From NCBI GenBank assembly GCA_049512315.1, contig JBEKXF010000014.1, positions 11,702 to 75,701 of the forward strand: a stretch of 64,000 bases of DNA, read 5' to 3'. Origin of the DNA: Candidatus Aminicenantales bacterium. GTDB taxonomy: Bacteria; Acidobacteriota; Aminicenantia; Aminicenantales; Saccharicenantaceae. Shown here in pieces: positions 49,046-58,606 of this stretch. Made by a program: the position numbers and the translations under genes. The notes under the pieces are model-generated. The model was given only the letters and a program-made list of their open reading frames with translations, was not told where the DNA came from and searched no databases. Within the stretch, counting starts at the first letter, position 1; every line of letters begins with the position of its first letter.

Positions 49046-51340
49046 ATGAGAAAAATCATCCTGGCCCTGTTCCTGGCCGTCCTTCCCGGACTCCTTTCCG
49101 CCCAGGAGACCCTGGAGAAGATCGAGGTCGCCGGGAACGACCGGGTGACACGGGAGACCATCCTCTACTATATCTCGGTCAGGGAGGGCGATTACTTCAG
49201 CGAAGATCAGGTCAAAAGGGACTTCCGGGTCCTCTGGTCCACCGGCTTTTTCGCCGATCTCAAGATCGAGGACCTCCCCGGGACGCGGGGGAAGATCATC
49301 CGGATCACGGTCGAGGAGAACCCCATCATCAAGGCCGTGACCTTCAAGACCGGGAAAAAGCTCAAGGAAAGCGACATCGTCAGCAAGCTGAAGGAAAAAG
49401 ACCAGTTCATTCTTCCCTATTCCTACTACAGCCCCGCCAAGGTCCAGAAGATGAAGCAGACGATCACGGACCTTCTCAGCGAAAAGGGCCTCCTGGCGGC
49501 CAAGATCGACATGGAGGTCAGGAAGCAAGGCAAGAACGAGGTCGAGGTCCTCGTCAAGATCGACGAGGGCCCCAAGGTCCGGGTCGGCGACGTCGTCTTC
49601 GTGGGCGACACGAAGCTCCCCGCGAGCTCCCTCCGCTGGGCCATGAAGGACAACCGGCCTCACACCCTCTTCAACTGGGCCGCCGGCAAGGACGTGTACA
49701 AGCAGAACAAGCTCAAGGACGACATCGACCAGATCAAGAAGAAATATCAGGAGAACGGGTATATGGAGGCCACGGTCGGGGAGCCCCGGATCGAGGAATT
49801 CGAAAAACGGACCGTTTTCTTCAAGAAGCAGAAGATGATGCGCCTCATCATCCCCGTCAACCCCGGCTACCTCTACCGGGTCGGCGAGATCAAGATCGAG
49901 GGGAACAAGGCCTTCGCCGCCAAGGGGCTCCGGATCATGGTCAAGCTCCAGCCGGGCGAGGTGTACAGCATCAAGCTCAGGGAGAAAACGATCGAGGACA
50001 TCGCCGAGCTCTACCGCAACTACGGGCACCTCTATGTCCAGGTCGCGCCCGTGGAGAACCTGGACCCCAAGAGAAAAGTCGTCAACGTCACCTTCTCCGT
50101 CTACGAGGGCGAAGTCGTCTTTCTCAACCGCCTGGAGTTCAAGGGCAACAATTACACCAAGGACAAGGTCATCCGCCGGGAAATGCTGGTCCGGGAAGGC
50201 GACCGATTCAGCCTGGCCATGTTCAAGGACAGCATCCTCCGCATCAAGCAGCTCGGTCTCGTGGACCTCGAAAAGGACCCCGACATGAAGCCGAATCCCG
50301 AGGACCCGACCAAGATGGACGTCGTGGTGCCGGTCAAGGAGCTCCAGCGGAACAACATCCAGTTCTCGGCCGGCTACAGCGGCTACGACGGGACCTTCGT
50401 GGCCTTCGGCTACTCCACGGTCAACTTCCTGGGGGCCGGGGAGAACGTGGACCTCCAGCTCCAGCAAGGCAAACTGGTCAAGAACTACTCGGTCGGATTC
50501 TCCGAGCCCTACCTCTTCGACCAGCCGATGACGGCCGGCCTCAATCTCTACGACCGGTACTCCAATTACAGCACTTATGGCCTCTACACCCAGAAATCGA
50601 TTGGCGTCGACCTGAGCTTGGGGGCCCGGATCCTCGGCTACTGGCGGGCGAGCGCGACGTACACGATCCAGAAGGTCACCGTCTCCTATCCCACAGCGAC
50701 GACGATGTCGTATATCTACGGCTCCGGCACATTCTATGAGAGCTCGATCACCCCGATGCTCTACCGGTCGACGATCGACAGTCCCCTGACGCCCTCCCGG
50801 GGGACCCTGTATTCGGCATCGGTCAAGTTCGCCGGGTCGTTCCTCGGTGGCGATATCGACATCATCAAGCCCCAGCTCGAGTTCGCCCACTACCAGCCAT
50901 TCATCGCCAAGCACGTCATCGGCCTTCATCTCGAGTATATGTACATCAAGGCCTACAACGCTTCCCAGGTGCCCTACTGGGAAAAGTCCTTTCTCGGCGG
51001 CGAACGCTCCATCCGGGGCTACGAAGTTTACGCGATCGGCCCCCGGAACGAGAGCGGTTACAACCTGGGCGGCAACAAGTCCATCGTCATGAACGCGGAG
51101 TACATCGTCCCCGTCGGCGGGCCCCTGTACGCAATAGCATTCTATGACGTCGGAAACTCGCTTTCGGCGACCCAAAGCTTCAGCCTGAAGGACATGTACA
51201 CGTCGACCGGCCTCGAAGCCCGCATCTTCATCCCGGCGCTCCGGGTCCCCTTCCGGCTGATCTTCGCGTACAACAATCGCAAGACCTACTCCGACCAGTC
51301 GAACTTCGCCTTCCGTTTCGCCGTCGGCACGACGTTCTGA
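49046..51340 (+). CDS. bamA: Outer membrane protein assembly factor BamA
   Basis: Signal peptide, five POTRA-like repeats (e.g. GNNYTKDKVIRRE), IRGY loop motif, C-terminal FAVGTTF. Confidence 0.95.
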   Translation: MRKIILALFLAVLPGLLSAQETLEKIEVAGNDRVTRETILYYISVREGDYFSEDQVKRDFRVLWSTGFFADLKIEDLPGTRGKIIRITVEENPIIKAVTFKTGKKLKESDIVSKLKEKDQFILPYSYYSPAKVQKMKQTITDLLSEKGLLAAKIDMEVRKQGKNEVEVLVKIDEGPKVRVGDVVFVGDTKLPASSLRWAMKDNRPHTLFNWAAGKDVYKQNKLKDDIDQIKKKYQENGYMEATVGEPRIEEFEKRTVFFKKQKMMRLIIPVNPGYLYRVGEIKIEGNKAFAAKGLRIMVKLQPGEVYSIKLREKTIEDIAELYRNYGHLYVQVAPVENLDPKRKVVNVTFSVYEGEVVFLNRLEFKGNNYTKDKVIRREMLVREGDRFSLAMFKDSILRIKQLGLVDLEKDPDMKPNPEDPTKMDVVVPVKELQRNNIQFSAGYSGYDGTFVAFGYSTVNFLGAGENVDLQLQQGKLVKNYSVGFSEPYLFDQPMTAGLNLYDRYSNYSTYGLYTQKSIGVDLSLGARILGYWRASATYTIQKVTVSYPTATTMSYIYGSGTFYESSITPMLYRSTIDSPLTPSRGTLYSASVKFAGSFLGGDIDIIKPQLEFAHYQPFIAKHVIGLHLEYMYIKAYNASQVPYWEKSFLGGERSIRGYEVYAIGPRNESGYNLGGNKSIVMNAEYIVPVGGPLYAIAFYDVGNSLSATQSFSLKDMYTSTGLEARIFIPALRVPFRLIFAYNNRKTYSDQSNFAFRFAVGTTF

Positions 51341-51379
51341 CGGCCCCGAGGCCGGACAAGGCATAGAGGAGGTCGGGCC

Positions 51380-51874
51380 ATGATTTCGATCGAAGACATC
51401 TCCAGGCTTCTTCCGCACCGGTTCCCTTTCCTGCTCATCGACAGGGTTATCGATTTCGCCCCGGAAAAGTTCATCGTGGCCCTGAAGAATGTGACCTGCA
51501 ACGAACATTTCTTCCAGGGTCATTTCCCCGACTGGAAGATCATGCCGGGCGTCCTGATCATCGAGGCCATCGCCCAGGCCGGGGCTGTCCTTCTCTTCAA
51601 CTCGATCCCGGACCCCGAACGCAAGTTCATCCTCCTGAGCAAGCTCGACAAGGCCAAGTTCAAAAGGATGGTCATCCCCGGCGACCAGATCCGGATCGAG
51701 GTCCAGTGGATCCGGCATAAAGGACGGATCTTTCGGATGAAGGGGAAAGCCCTCGTCGATGGCGAGATCGCCGCCGAGGGCGAGATCTTCGCCACGGTCA
51801 TGGACATCGAGGAGCTGGCGGACAAAAAAAAGGCGACGCCGCCGGCCCGGCCTTCCCCCAGCGCGGGATCTTGA
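51380..51874 (+). CDS. fabZ: 3-hydroxyacyl-ACP dehydratase
   Basis: LPHRFPFLLIDRV, KNVT.NE.FFQGHFP...MPGVLIIEA.AQ, V.PGDQ. Confidence 0.95.
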   Translation: MISIEDISRLLPHRFPFLLIDRVIDFAPEKFIVALKNVTCNEHFFQGHFPDWKIMPGVLIIEAIAQAGAVLLFNSIPDPERKFILLSKLDKAKFKRMVIPGDQIRIEVQWIRHKGRIFRMKGKALVDGEIAAEGEIFATVMDIEELADKKKATPPARPSPSAGS

Positions 51875-51906
51875 TCAGCCGGCCCCTGCCGGAGAAAGCC
51901 CGAAGA

Positions 51907-52647
51907 TCACTTGCTCATCGTGAAGAGGGAGTCCGCGAGGTTGCTGTTGAAGGTGATCTTGGTGAAGGTCAGTTTCATATATTCGGAGCCGTCCTGGAGG
52001 GTCCGGATCGAATGGGCCATGATCACCCCGTTGACCTGCTTGTAGTCGGAGGGATAGCTCTCAGCCTTGACATCGGCGCCGTTCATCCCGACCTCGACCG
52101 ATTCCCCCTTGTAGACGAGATAGGTCCCGGGGTCGATGTAGATCGCGGTCTTGTGGCCGTCCGCGGTCGTCTGCTCGAGGACGATGTAGTCCTTGCCCTC
52201 GATCTTGGCCTTAGGCTTCAGCGCGTAGGTGATGTTGTATTTCTCGGGATGGAGATAGGCATCGTTGCCCATGGCCTCCCGGGAAAACGCCTTGGCCTGG
52301 GCCTCGGGCATTTCCTCGACGGCGCCCCCGTTCTGGGGATTGGTCCACATGGCCTTCTGACCGTCATAGGCCTGGGTCATCATCATGTTCATGACGGTGA
52401 TGTCCATGTCCGCCCGCATCTTATTGGGCTCCTTTTGGTACATCGTGAAGGTCCCGCTCATCTGCATCGGAACGAGTTCATAGGTGCCGGTCATGGTCGT
52501 GTCCTTGATGGCCGTCAGGGCCTTGCGTCCGCCCATAGCGTCGATGACCTTGTTGAGGACATCCTGGGCGTTCTGGCCGTAGCCCGGCAGCGCAGCGACA
52601 GAAACCAGGATCAAGGCCGCCATGGTCCAGGAGAAGAGTTTCTTCAT
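51907..52647 (-). CDS. Secreted LolA-like / outer membrane lipoprotein-sorting-family protein
   Basis: Signal peptide; AQDVL.K.IDAMGG..AL, PNKMR, QAYDG..AW, IDP.TYL, SDYKQVNG..MAH, N.NL.DSLF; AGGAGG RBS. Confidence 0.7.
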   Translation of the reverse strand: MKKLFSWTMAALILVSVAALPGYGQNAQDVLNKVIDAMGGRKALTAIKDTTMTGTYELVPMQMSGTFTMYQKEPNKMRADMDITVMNMMMTQAYDGQKAMWTNPQNGGAVEEMPEAQAKAFSREAMGNDAYLHPEKYNITYALKPKAKIEGKDYIVLEQTTADGHKTAIYIDPGTYLVYKGESVEVGMNGADVKAESYPSDYKQVNGVIMAHSIRTLQDGSEYMKLTFTKITFNSNLADSLFTMSK

Positions 52648-52902
52648 TAAAGCCTCCTAAAAGGTTTGCCGTGAGTGGTCATGCGTTCGAAACTAATCAT
52701 GACCCGGGTATTCTAGCGGAAAGTCCGGGTTTTGCCAACCTAAAAAGATGGGCGGAGGATCGTTCCCACCCGCTTTATTGTATTTTCTATAAAAACAACA
52801 GTATCATTATAACCTACATATAAATAAGTAAGTTAGGATGATCAGCAGTTATGTATATGTATATAATATGGACATTTAAATATAGTCAAACAAATATATA
52901 TC

Positions 52903-52957
52903 TTGATTTTAGACAAATTTTGGAGTTATAATCTATGTGTCCTAATTTAGGACACAT
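52903..52957 (+). promoter_or_regulatory. Sigma70 promoter with a perfect palindromic operator over the start site
   Basis: TTGATT (52903)-N18-TATAAT (52927), then ATGTGTCCTAA-T-TTAGGACACAT (52935-52957), in an AT-rich intergenic stretch. Confidence 0.75.
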
Positions 52958-53005
52958 TTATCGAACGCACGAAAACCGGAATGAACGCCGGACGGACGCA
53001 ATGAA

Positions 53006-55495
53006 ATGGCTCATCGGCTCAGCTTGATCGTCTGTTCCAACCTCGATCGCGAGGTCCGGGCCCTTTCCGGACTCCCGGAGTTCCGGGACGTCGATTTCCT
53101 GCCGCTTCAGGTGGAATGCGACGAGGTCGAAGCCCGGTGGGAGGGCCTCGATGAAACGGTCCGCTCCTGCAAGGCGGACGGACATCCCGTTTTGCTGGTC
53201 GGGAGCTTTTGCCTCACTCAAGCGGCGGGCCAGCCGGGTCTCAAAGACGCCTGCCAGGTCGCCCAGAAGGGTCAGTGCTTCGAGTGGATCGCGGACAAGG
53301 ACGTCCTGGACCGCTTCCTCCAGGGCGAAGCTCTCCTTCTCCTCCCTGGATGGCTGAAGAGCTGGGAGCATCACGTCGAGCGGCTCTGGCCCTCGGACCG
53401 GAAGAAGGCCCAGGCGTTTTTCCGGGAATCGGCGAAAAGGATCGTCCTCCTCGATACGGGCGTCTACCCCAAGATCGAGAACGACCTCAGGGAATTCGCC
53501 CGGTTCCTGCGCCTGCCCTCCGAGATCTATTTTGCGGGACTGGGTCACTTCAGGATGAGCCTCGTCCAGGCCCTGCATTCCTGGCAGTCGGAGAAAGAGC
53601 GGGAGGGCCTCGAGGACCGGATAGCGGCGCTGCGGCAGCAGATCTCCGATTACAGCCGGATCGGCCATCTCCTCGGAGCCCTGACGAAGACGCAGACGGA
53701 GGAGGAGACCCGGAACGACATCCTCGAGATCTTCCGCGTTCTTCTCTCTCCACAAAAGGTCGCGTACCATCCCGTCCGGTCTCTCTCCCCGGGAACGCCG
53801 GCCGAAGATTCGCCCCAGGACCGGATCCTGTCCCTCAACGCCGATTACGCCTGGACCGAAGACCGCGGCGGCCTCCTTCTCAAGATCGCCAGCGGCCGGG
53901 AGATCCTGGGCATCCTTGAGCTCGAGGGGCTGGCCTTCCCCGAAAGGCGAGACCATGACCTGAACCTGGCCCTGACCCTGGCCAAGATCGCGGCCCTGGC
54001 GTTCGTCAAGGCCGGCTCCCAGCAGGCCCTGAAGGACGAACAGGAAAAGGCCCGGGCCGCCCAGGCCGCGATGATGGACACCGAAGAGAAGATCAGGTCG
54101 TTCGAAGGCGTTCCCGTAGGACTCTATCGGACCACCCCGTCAGGCCAGATCATCGACGTCAACGCGGCCATGGCCCGCATCCTCGGCTATCCGGACCCGG
54201 CCTCCCTCAGGAAAGTCAACGCCTGGGACCTCCACCTCGACCAGAGCGACCGCGAGAACTGGCAGTCCCTCCTCGAGACGAGTAATTTCGTCGAGAACTT
54301 CGAGACCCAGCTCCGGCAGCGCGACGGGACGATCATCTGGGTCCGGGATTCGGTCCGGGCAGTCAAGGACCGGCGTGGGCAGGTCCTCTTTTATGACGGC
54401 TCCATCGAAGACATCAGCAGGCGGAAACAAATGGACAAGGCAGCCGCCTGGAACCTGCAGATCAAAACCTCCCTGGCGAACGTCTCGCGGCAATTGCTCC
54501 TGCCGACACCGATCGAAGAGATGTCCGCCTTGATCCTCGAACACGCCCGCCGGCTGACCTCCAGCCGGACCTGCTTCGTCGGCTACGCCGAGCGCCAGTC
54601 GGGGAAGCTGGTCCCCGCGGCCATGACGAAGGATGCCCAGGACCTGGCCGCCAAGCACCCGGAAGCCAACGCGACGGCCCACGAGTCTTCGGGCATCTGG
54701 CGGTCGGTCATCAACGACAAGAAGGCCATCCTGGCGAACATGCCCACCCTCGACCCGCGCTACACGGACCTGCCGAAATGGCACTTCGCGGTCGCCCAGC
54801 TCCTGGCCGTTCCCGCCCTCATGGACGGCCACCTCGTCGGCCTCATCGTCGTGGCCAATTCCGAAAACCTTTATTCCGAAAGGGATCTCGAGGCCGTGGA
54901 GCAGATGGCGGCCCTTTATGCCATCGCCGTCGACCGGAAAAGAAAGGAAGACGAGCTCCGGGAGATGTCCCTGACCGACGAGCTGACGGGGCTCCATAAC
55001 CGGCGCGGCTTCTTCACCCTGGCCGACCAGCAGCTGAAGATTGCCAACCGCTCGAAGAAAGCGATGTCCCTGCTTTACGCCGACCTCGACGGCCTCAAGA
55101 TCATCAACGACACCTTCGGCCACGATGAAGGAGACCGGGCCCTGGTCGAAACGGCCGCTCTCCTGCGCGACGCCTTCCGCGAGTCCGACATCATCGCCCG
55201 GATCGGCGGCGACGAGTTCGTCGTCCTGACCGTCGACGTCGGAGACGTGAAGCCGGATTCCCTGATCTGGCGGGTCCAGGAAAAGTTCGACGCCCGGAAC
55301 GCGGCCGGCCACGGGAAGTTCATCCTCTCGGTCAGCCAGGGGATCGCCTGCTACGACCCCGAGGAACCCTGCTCAGCCCAGGAACTCGTCAACCTGGCCG
55401 ACCAGAGGATGTACGACAAGAAACTCGCCAAGAAAGCCGGCCGGCTGGACCTATCCTCCGGTCGAGCGGGTCTTTTCCCCTCGAAGCCTTCATGA
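53006..55495 (+). CDS. Diguanylate cyclase: DUF1638-like N-terminus, GAF-like, PAS, GAF and GGDEF domains
   Basis: LIVCSNL..E...C...FC...QCFEW..LLLPGWL..W...RIVLLDTG (DUF1638-like); PAS PVGLYRTTP.G.IIDVN; TDELTGLHNRRGF, DLDGLK.IND.FGH.EGD, RESD I-site, ARIGGDEF. Confidence 0.9.
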   Translation: MAHRLSLIVCSNLDREVRALSGLPEFRDVDFLPLQVECDEVEARWEGLDETVRSCKADGHPVLLVGSFCLTQAAGQPGLKDACQVAQKGQCFEWIADKDVLDRFLQGEALLLLPGWLKSWEHHVERLWPSDRKKAQAFFRESAKRIVLLDTGVYPKIENDLREFARFLRLPSEIYFAGLGHFRMSLVQALHSWQSEKEREGLEDRIAALRQQISDYSRIGHLLGALTKTQTEEETRNDILEIFRVLLSPQKVAYHPVRSLSPGTPAEDSPQDRILSLNADYAWTEDRGGLLLKIASGREILGILELEGLAFPERRDHDLNLALTLAKIAALAFVKAGSQQALKDEQEKARAAQAAMMDTEEKIRSFEGVPVGLYRTTPSGQIIDVNAAMARILGYPDPASLRKVNAWDLHLDQSDRENWQSLLETSNFVENFETQLRQRDGTIIWVRDSVRAVKDRRGQVLFYDGSIEDISRRKQMDKAAAWNLQIKTSLANVSRQLLLPTPIEEMSALILEHARRLTSSRTCFVGYAERQSGKLVPAAMTKDAQDLAAKHPEANATAHESSGIWRSVINDKKAILANMPTLDPRYTDLPKWHFAVAQLLAVPALMDGHLVGLIVVANSENLYSERDLEAVEQMAALYAIAVDRKRKEDELREMSLTDELTGLHNRRGFFTLADQQLKIANRSKKAMSLLYADLDGLKIINDTFGHDEGDRALVETAALLRDAFRESDIIARIGGDEFVVLTVDVGDVKPDSLIWRVQEKFDARNAAGHGKFILSVSQGIACYDPEEPCSAQELVNLADQRMYDKKLAKKAGRLDLSSGRAGLFPSKPS

Positions 55496-55517
55496 GACCG
55501 GGCCCCGGCGCCGGGCA

Positions 55518-56885
55518 TCAGTCCTTGGTCTTGTATCTGGCGAGCTTGTTGTAGAGGGTCGTCCGCGAGATCCCCAGGATCTTGGCCGTCTGGCGGAGGT
55601 TCCTCTTCGTCACCTTCAGGAGATAAGTGATGTAGTCCTTCTCCAGGTCGTCGAGGGAGGACAGGTGCTCGCGGCCGACGAAGGCCATCGCCCCCTGGGG
55701 CGGAATAAAATCGCGGAGGTTTTTCGGCAGATTGGCGAGCTCGATGAAATCCTTCTTGCAGAGCATGGCCGCGCTTTCCAGGACGTTCTCGAGCTCCCGG
55801 ATGTTGCCCGGCCAGCCGTACTTGAGGAACAGCTTCTGGACCTCCCGGGAAACGCCCTTCAGGTCCTTGGAGAATTTCTTGTTGGATCCCTGGAGAAAGT
55901 GCCGGACGAGGAGCAGGATGTCTTCCAGTCGCTCCCGGAGAGGGGGCAGCTCGATGACGACCTTGTTCAGCCTGTGGAACAGGTCCTCCCGGAAAGCCCC
56001 GGACCGGACCCTCTCGGCGAGGTCGCGGTTCGTGGCCGCGATAACCCGGACCTCGACCTGGGTGTTTTCGTTGGCGCCGAGCGGCCGGAACTCGTGGCTT
56101 TCGAGGACTCGGAGCAGCTTGGCCTGGACGGCGACCGGGATCTCGGCGATCTCGTCGAGGAAGATGATGCCTCCGTCGGCCTCCTCGAAGAGCCCGGGCT
56201 TGTCCTTGTCGGCGCCCGTGAAAGCGCCCTTCTTGTAGCCGAAAAGCTCGGATTCAAAGAGGTTCTCGGGGATCGCGGCGCAGTCGCAGATGACAAGGGG
56301 CTTCGCCCGGTAGGGGCTCAGGCTGTGGATGGCCCGGGCCACGACCTCCTTCCCCGTCCCGGTTTCGCCGGTGATGAGGACGCTCGTGAAATACTTGGCG
56401 ATGTTCTCGATGAGCCCGAAGATCTCGAGCATGTATGGGTTCCGGCTCGACAGGCCCTGGAAGGCGTATTTCCTCTCGAGCTTCCGTTCGAGCTGGAACG
56501 TCTCGCGGCGGAGCTCCCGCTTCACGGAGATCCTCCGGAGGATGTCCTGGAGGATGTCGTTCCTATAAGGCCGGGGGATGAAGTCGGTCGCGCCCGCGTG
56601 GATGACGTCCAGGATGGCATCCCGCTCGAGCGGCTCGCCCCCGATGAGGACATCGATCAGGGCGTCGAACTTCTTGAGCTTCTTGAGAGCCACGAGGGCG
56701 CCGGCGATCGAATCGCCCGAGTCGACGAGGGCGACCCGGATGCCGTTCCCCCGGACGATCGCCAGATAGTCGTCGTTGGTCTGGGAGAAAAACAGGTTGA
56801 AGTCGCCGGTCATGGAAGCCCTCTTGATGGTCTCGTAGAGGGAGAAATCGTCGGAGATGATCAGGAGGTTGGTCTGTGCGTCCAT
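55518..56885 (-). CDS. Sigma-54-dependent (NtrC/Fis-family) transcriptional regulator with an atypical receiver domain
   Basis: GETGTGKE, ESELFGY.KGAFTGA, FLDEI, QAKLLRVL, WPGNIRELEN, HTH TAKILGISRTTLYNKL. Confidence 0.95.
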   Translation of the reverse strand: MDAQTNLLIISDDFSLYETIKRASMTGDFNLFFSQTNDDYLAIVRGNGIRVALVDSGDSIAGALVALKKLKKFDALIDVLIGGEPLERDAILDVIHAGATDFIPRPYRNDILQDILRRISVKRELRRETFQLERKLERKYAFQGLSSRNPYMLEIFGLIENIAKYFTSVLITGETGTGKEVVARAIHSLSPYRAKPLVICDCAAIPENLFESELFGYKKGAFTGADKDKPGLFEEADGGIIFLDEIAEIPVAVQAKLLRVLESHEFRPLGANENTQVEVRVIAATNRDLAERVRSGAFREDLFHRLNKVVIELPPLRERLEDILLLVRHFLQGSNKKFSKDLKGVSREVQKLFLKYGWPGNIRELENVLESAAMLCKKDFIELANLPKNLRDFIPPQGAMAFVGREHLSSLDDLEKDYITYLLKVTKRNLRQTAKILGISRTTLYNKLARYKTKD

Positions 56886-57053
56886 CCTGTTTCGGCCCTT
56901 CCCTTGGCGCCCCCTATCTTAACAATTTTACCGGCCTTTGGCAACCGGTTCACCCTTTCGGCTTTCATTTTAGCATCAAACCCCTTATTGAATTCCCGCC
57001 CGATGTGCATTATATTCGGGGCGCCTTCCGAACGCCCGGACAAAGGAGTCCCC

Positions 57054-57566
57054 ATGAAAGCGGTGATCGTCCTCGCCATGCAAGGCGCCCCGCCCCTGGA
57101 TTTTCCGGAGCAGGAGCTTGCCGAATTCACCAACCTTCAGGCCAGGCTGGCCCACACGTTCGGGGCCGGAGAGACGGCGGCTCATCGCCGCTACGCCGAG
57201 CTCGAGGCGAAGATCCGGACCTGGCCCCGCACGCCGCGGAACGACCCCTTTCACGCTGGCTCTCAGGACCTGGCGGTCCAGCTCCGGCGGGCCAGCGGCC
57301 GCAAGGTCGTCCTGGGGTTTAACGAGTTTTGCAAGCCGAGCCTGGACGAGGCCCTCGACCAGGCCGCCGGGCAGAGTGCGGAGAAGATCATCATCGTGAC
57401 GCCCATATTGACCCGGGGCGGCGAGTACGCCGAGAAGGACATCCCCGAGGCCGTCGAGCGGGCCCGCCGGCGTCATCCTAAGGGGAGTTTCATCTACGCC
57501 TGGCCTTTCCCCGCCTCCGAGGTGGCCGATTTCCTGACGGCCCAAGCCGCCCGAGCGATCGGCTGA
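57054..57566 (+). CDS. CbiX/SirB-family chelatase-like protein lacking both catalytic His
   Basis: ATG after AAGGAG; IVLAMQG, GFNEFCKPSLDEALD, IIIVTP..TRGGEYAEKDIP, YAWPF; C-terminal part of track ORF 55665..57566. Confidence 0.85.
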   Translation: MKAVIVLAMQGAPPLDFPEQELAEFTNLQARLAHTFGAGETAAHRRYAELEAKIRTWPRTPRNDPFHAGSQDLAVQLRRASGRKVVLGFNEFCKPSLDEALDQAAGQSAEKIIIVTPILTRGGEYAEKDIPEAVERARRRHPKGSFIYAWPFPASEVADFLTAQAARAIG

Positions 57567-57604
57567 TTGAAAAATGATACAATGACCCCGTCATGGAGCC
57601 ATGA

Positions 57605-58606
57605 ATGGACGACATCCGGGTTGTCGAGCTGACGCGGAAATTCGACGATTTCACGGCCGTGGACCGCATTTCGTTCGCGGTCCCGAGCGGTGAGCTCTTC
57701 GGGCTGCTCGGGCCGAACGGCGCGGGGAAGACGACGACCATCAACATGCTCTCCACCCTCCTCCGGCCGACCTCCGGGCTGGCCGAGGTCGCGGGCTTCG
57801 ATGTTGTCCGGAACCGGGACCAGGTCCGGCGAAGCATCGGGATCGTCTTCCAGGAGCCCGCCCTGGATAGCCAGTTGACCGGCCGGGAGAACCTCGAGTT
57901 CCACTCCATGATGTACGGCATGGGCCGGGAAGAGCGCCGCAAGAAGGTCGACGAGGTCCTGGCCCTGGTGGAGCTCACCGAGAAGGCCCGGGTGAAGGTC
58001 CAGAACTATTCGGGCGGGATGAAGCGCCGCCTCGAGATCGCCCGAGGCCTGATCCACCAGCCCAGGGTCCTGTTCCTGGACGAGCCGACCCTCGGCCTCG
58101 ACGCCCAGACGCGCCGCCATATCTGGGACTACATCAAGAAGCTCAACCGGGAGCGGGGCGTGACCATCATCCTGACGACCCATTACATGGAGGAAGCCGA
58201 TTTTCTCTGCGGCCGCGTGGCCATCATGGACCATGGGACCTTTGCCGCTCTGGACACGCCGGCAAAGCTGAAGGATGGGCTGGGCGGAGACGTCATCTCC
58301 CTGGAGGTGGAGGGCAACGGCGCCGCCTTGGAGACGGAATTCCGGGCTCTCGACTGGATCCGAAAGATCAAGATCCACGACAACGTTTTCAGCCTGACCA
58401 TGGAGAAGGGCGAGCGCCGGATCCCGGAGCTCATCGGGCTCGCCCAGAAGGCCGGCGTGACGGTCAGCTGCGTGGAGCTCCGGAAGCCGAGCCTTGAAGA
58501 CGTCTTCCTCTACTTCACCGGCAAGACCATCCGCGAGCATGAGGCGAGCCAGGCCGACCGCAACAGAGCCGCCATGATGACCCACCGCCCGAGGAGGGGA
58601 CGGTGA
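57605..58606 (+). CDS. DrrA-type ABC exporter ATP-binding subunit
   Basis: GPNGAGKTT, YSGGMKRRLEIARGL, LFLDEPT.GLD.QTR, TTHYMEEAD, PSLEDVFL..TG. Confidence 0.93.
   Translation: MDDIRVVELTRKFDDFTAVDRISFAVPSGELFGLLGPNGAGKTTTINMLSTLLRPTSGLAEVAGFDVVRNRDQVRRSIGIVFQEPALDSQLTGRENLEFHSMMYGMGREERRKKVDEVLALVELTEKARVKVQNYSGGMKRRLEIARGLIHQPRVLFLDEPTLGLDAQTRRHIWDYIKKLNRERGVTIILTTHYMEEADFLCGRVAIMDHGTFAALDTPAKLKDGLGGDVISLEVEGNGAALETEFRALDWIRKIKIHDNVFSLTMEKGERRIPELIGLAQKAGVTVSCVELRKPSLEDVFLYFTGKTIREHEASQADRNRAAMMTHRPRRGR

Noticed and set aside
45388-51718. Very long antisense ORFs (946 aa and 920 aa; likewise 8217..10625, 10826..12565, 5932..7995, 61838..63907)
   Set aside because: They are shadow frames opposite well-supported genes, expected from high-GC codon bias, and carry no motifs.
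55665-57053. Apparent 633-aa CbiX fusion protein
   Set aside because: The upstream part is the antisense shadow of the sigma-54 regulator; the real start is 57054 with an AAGGAG RBS.
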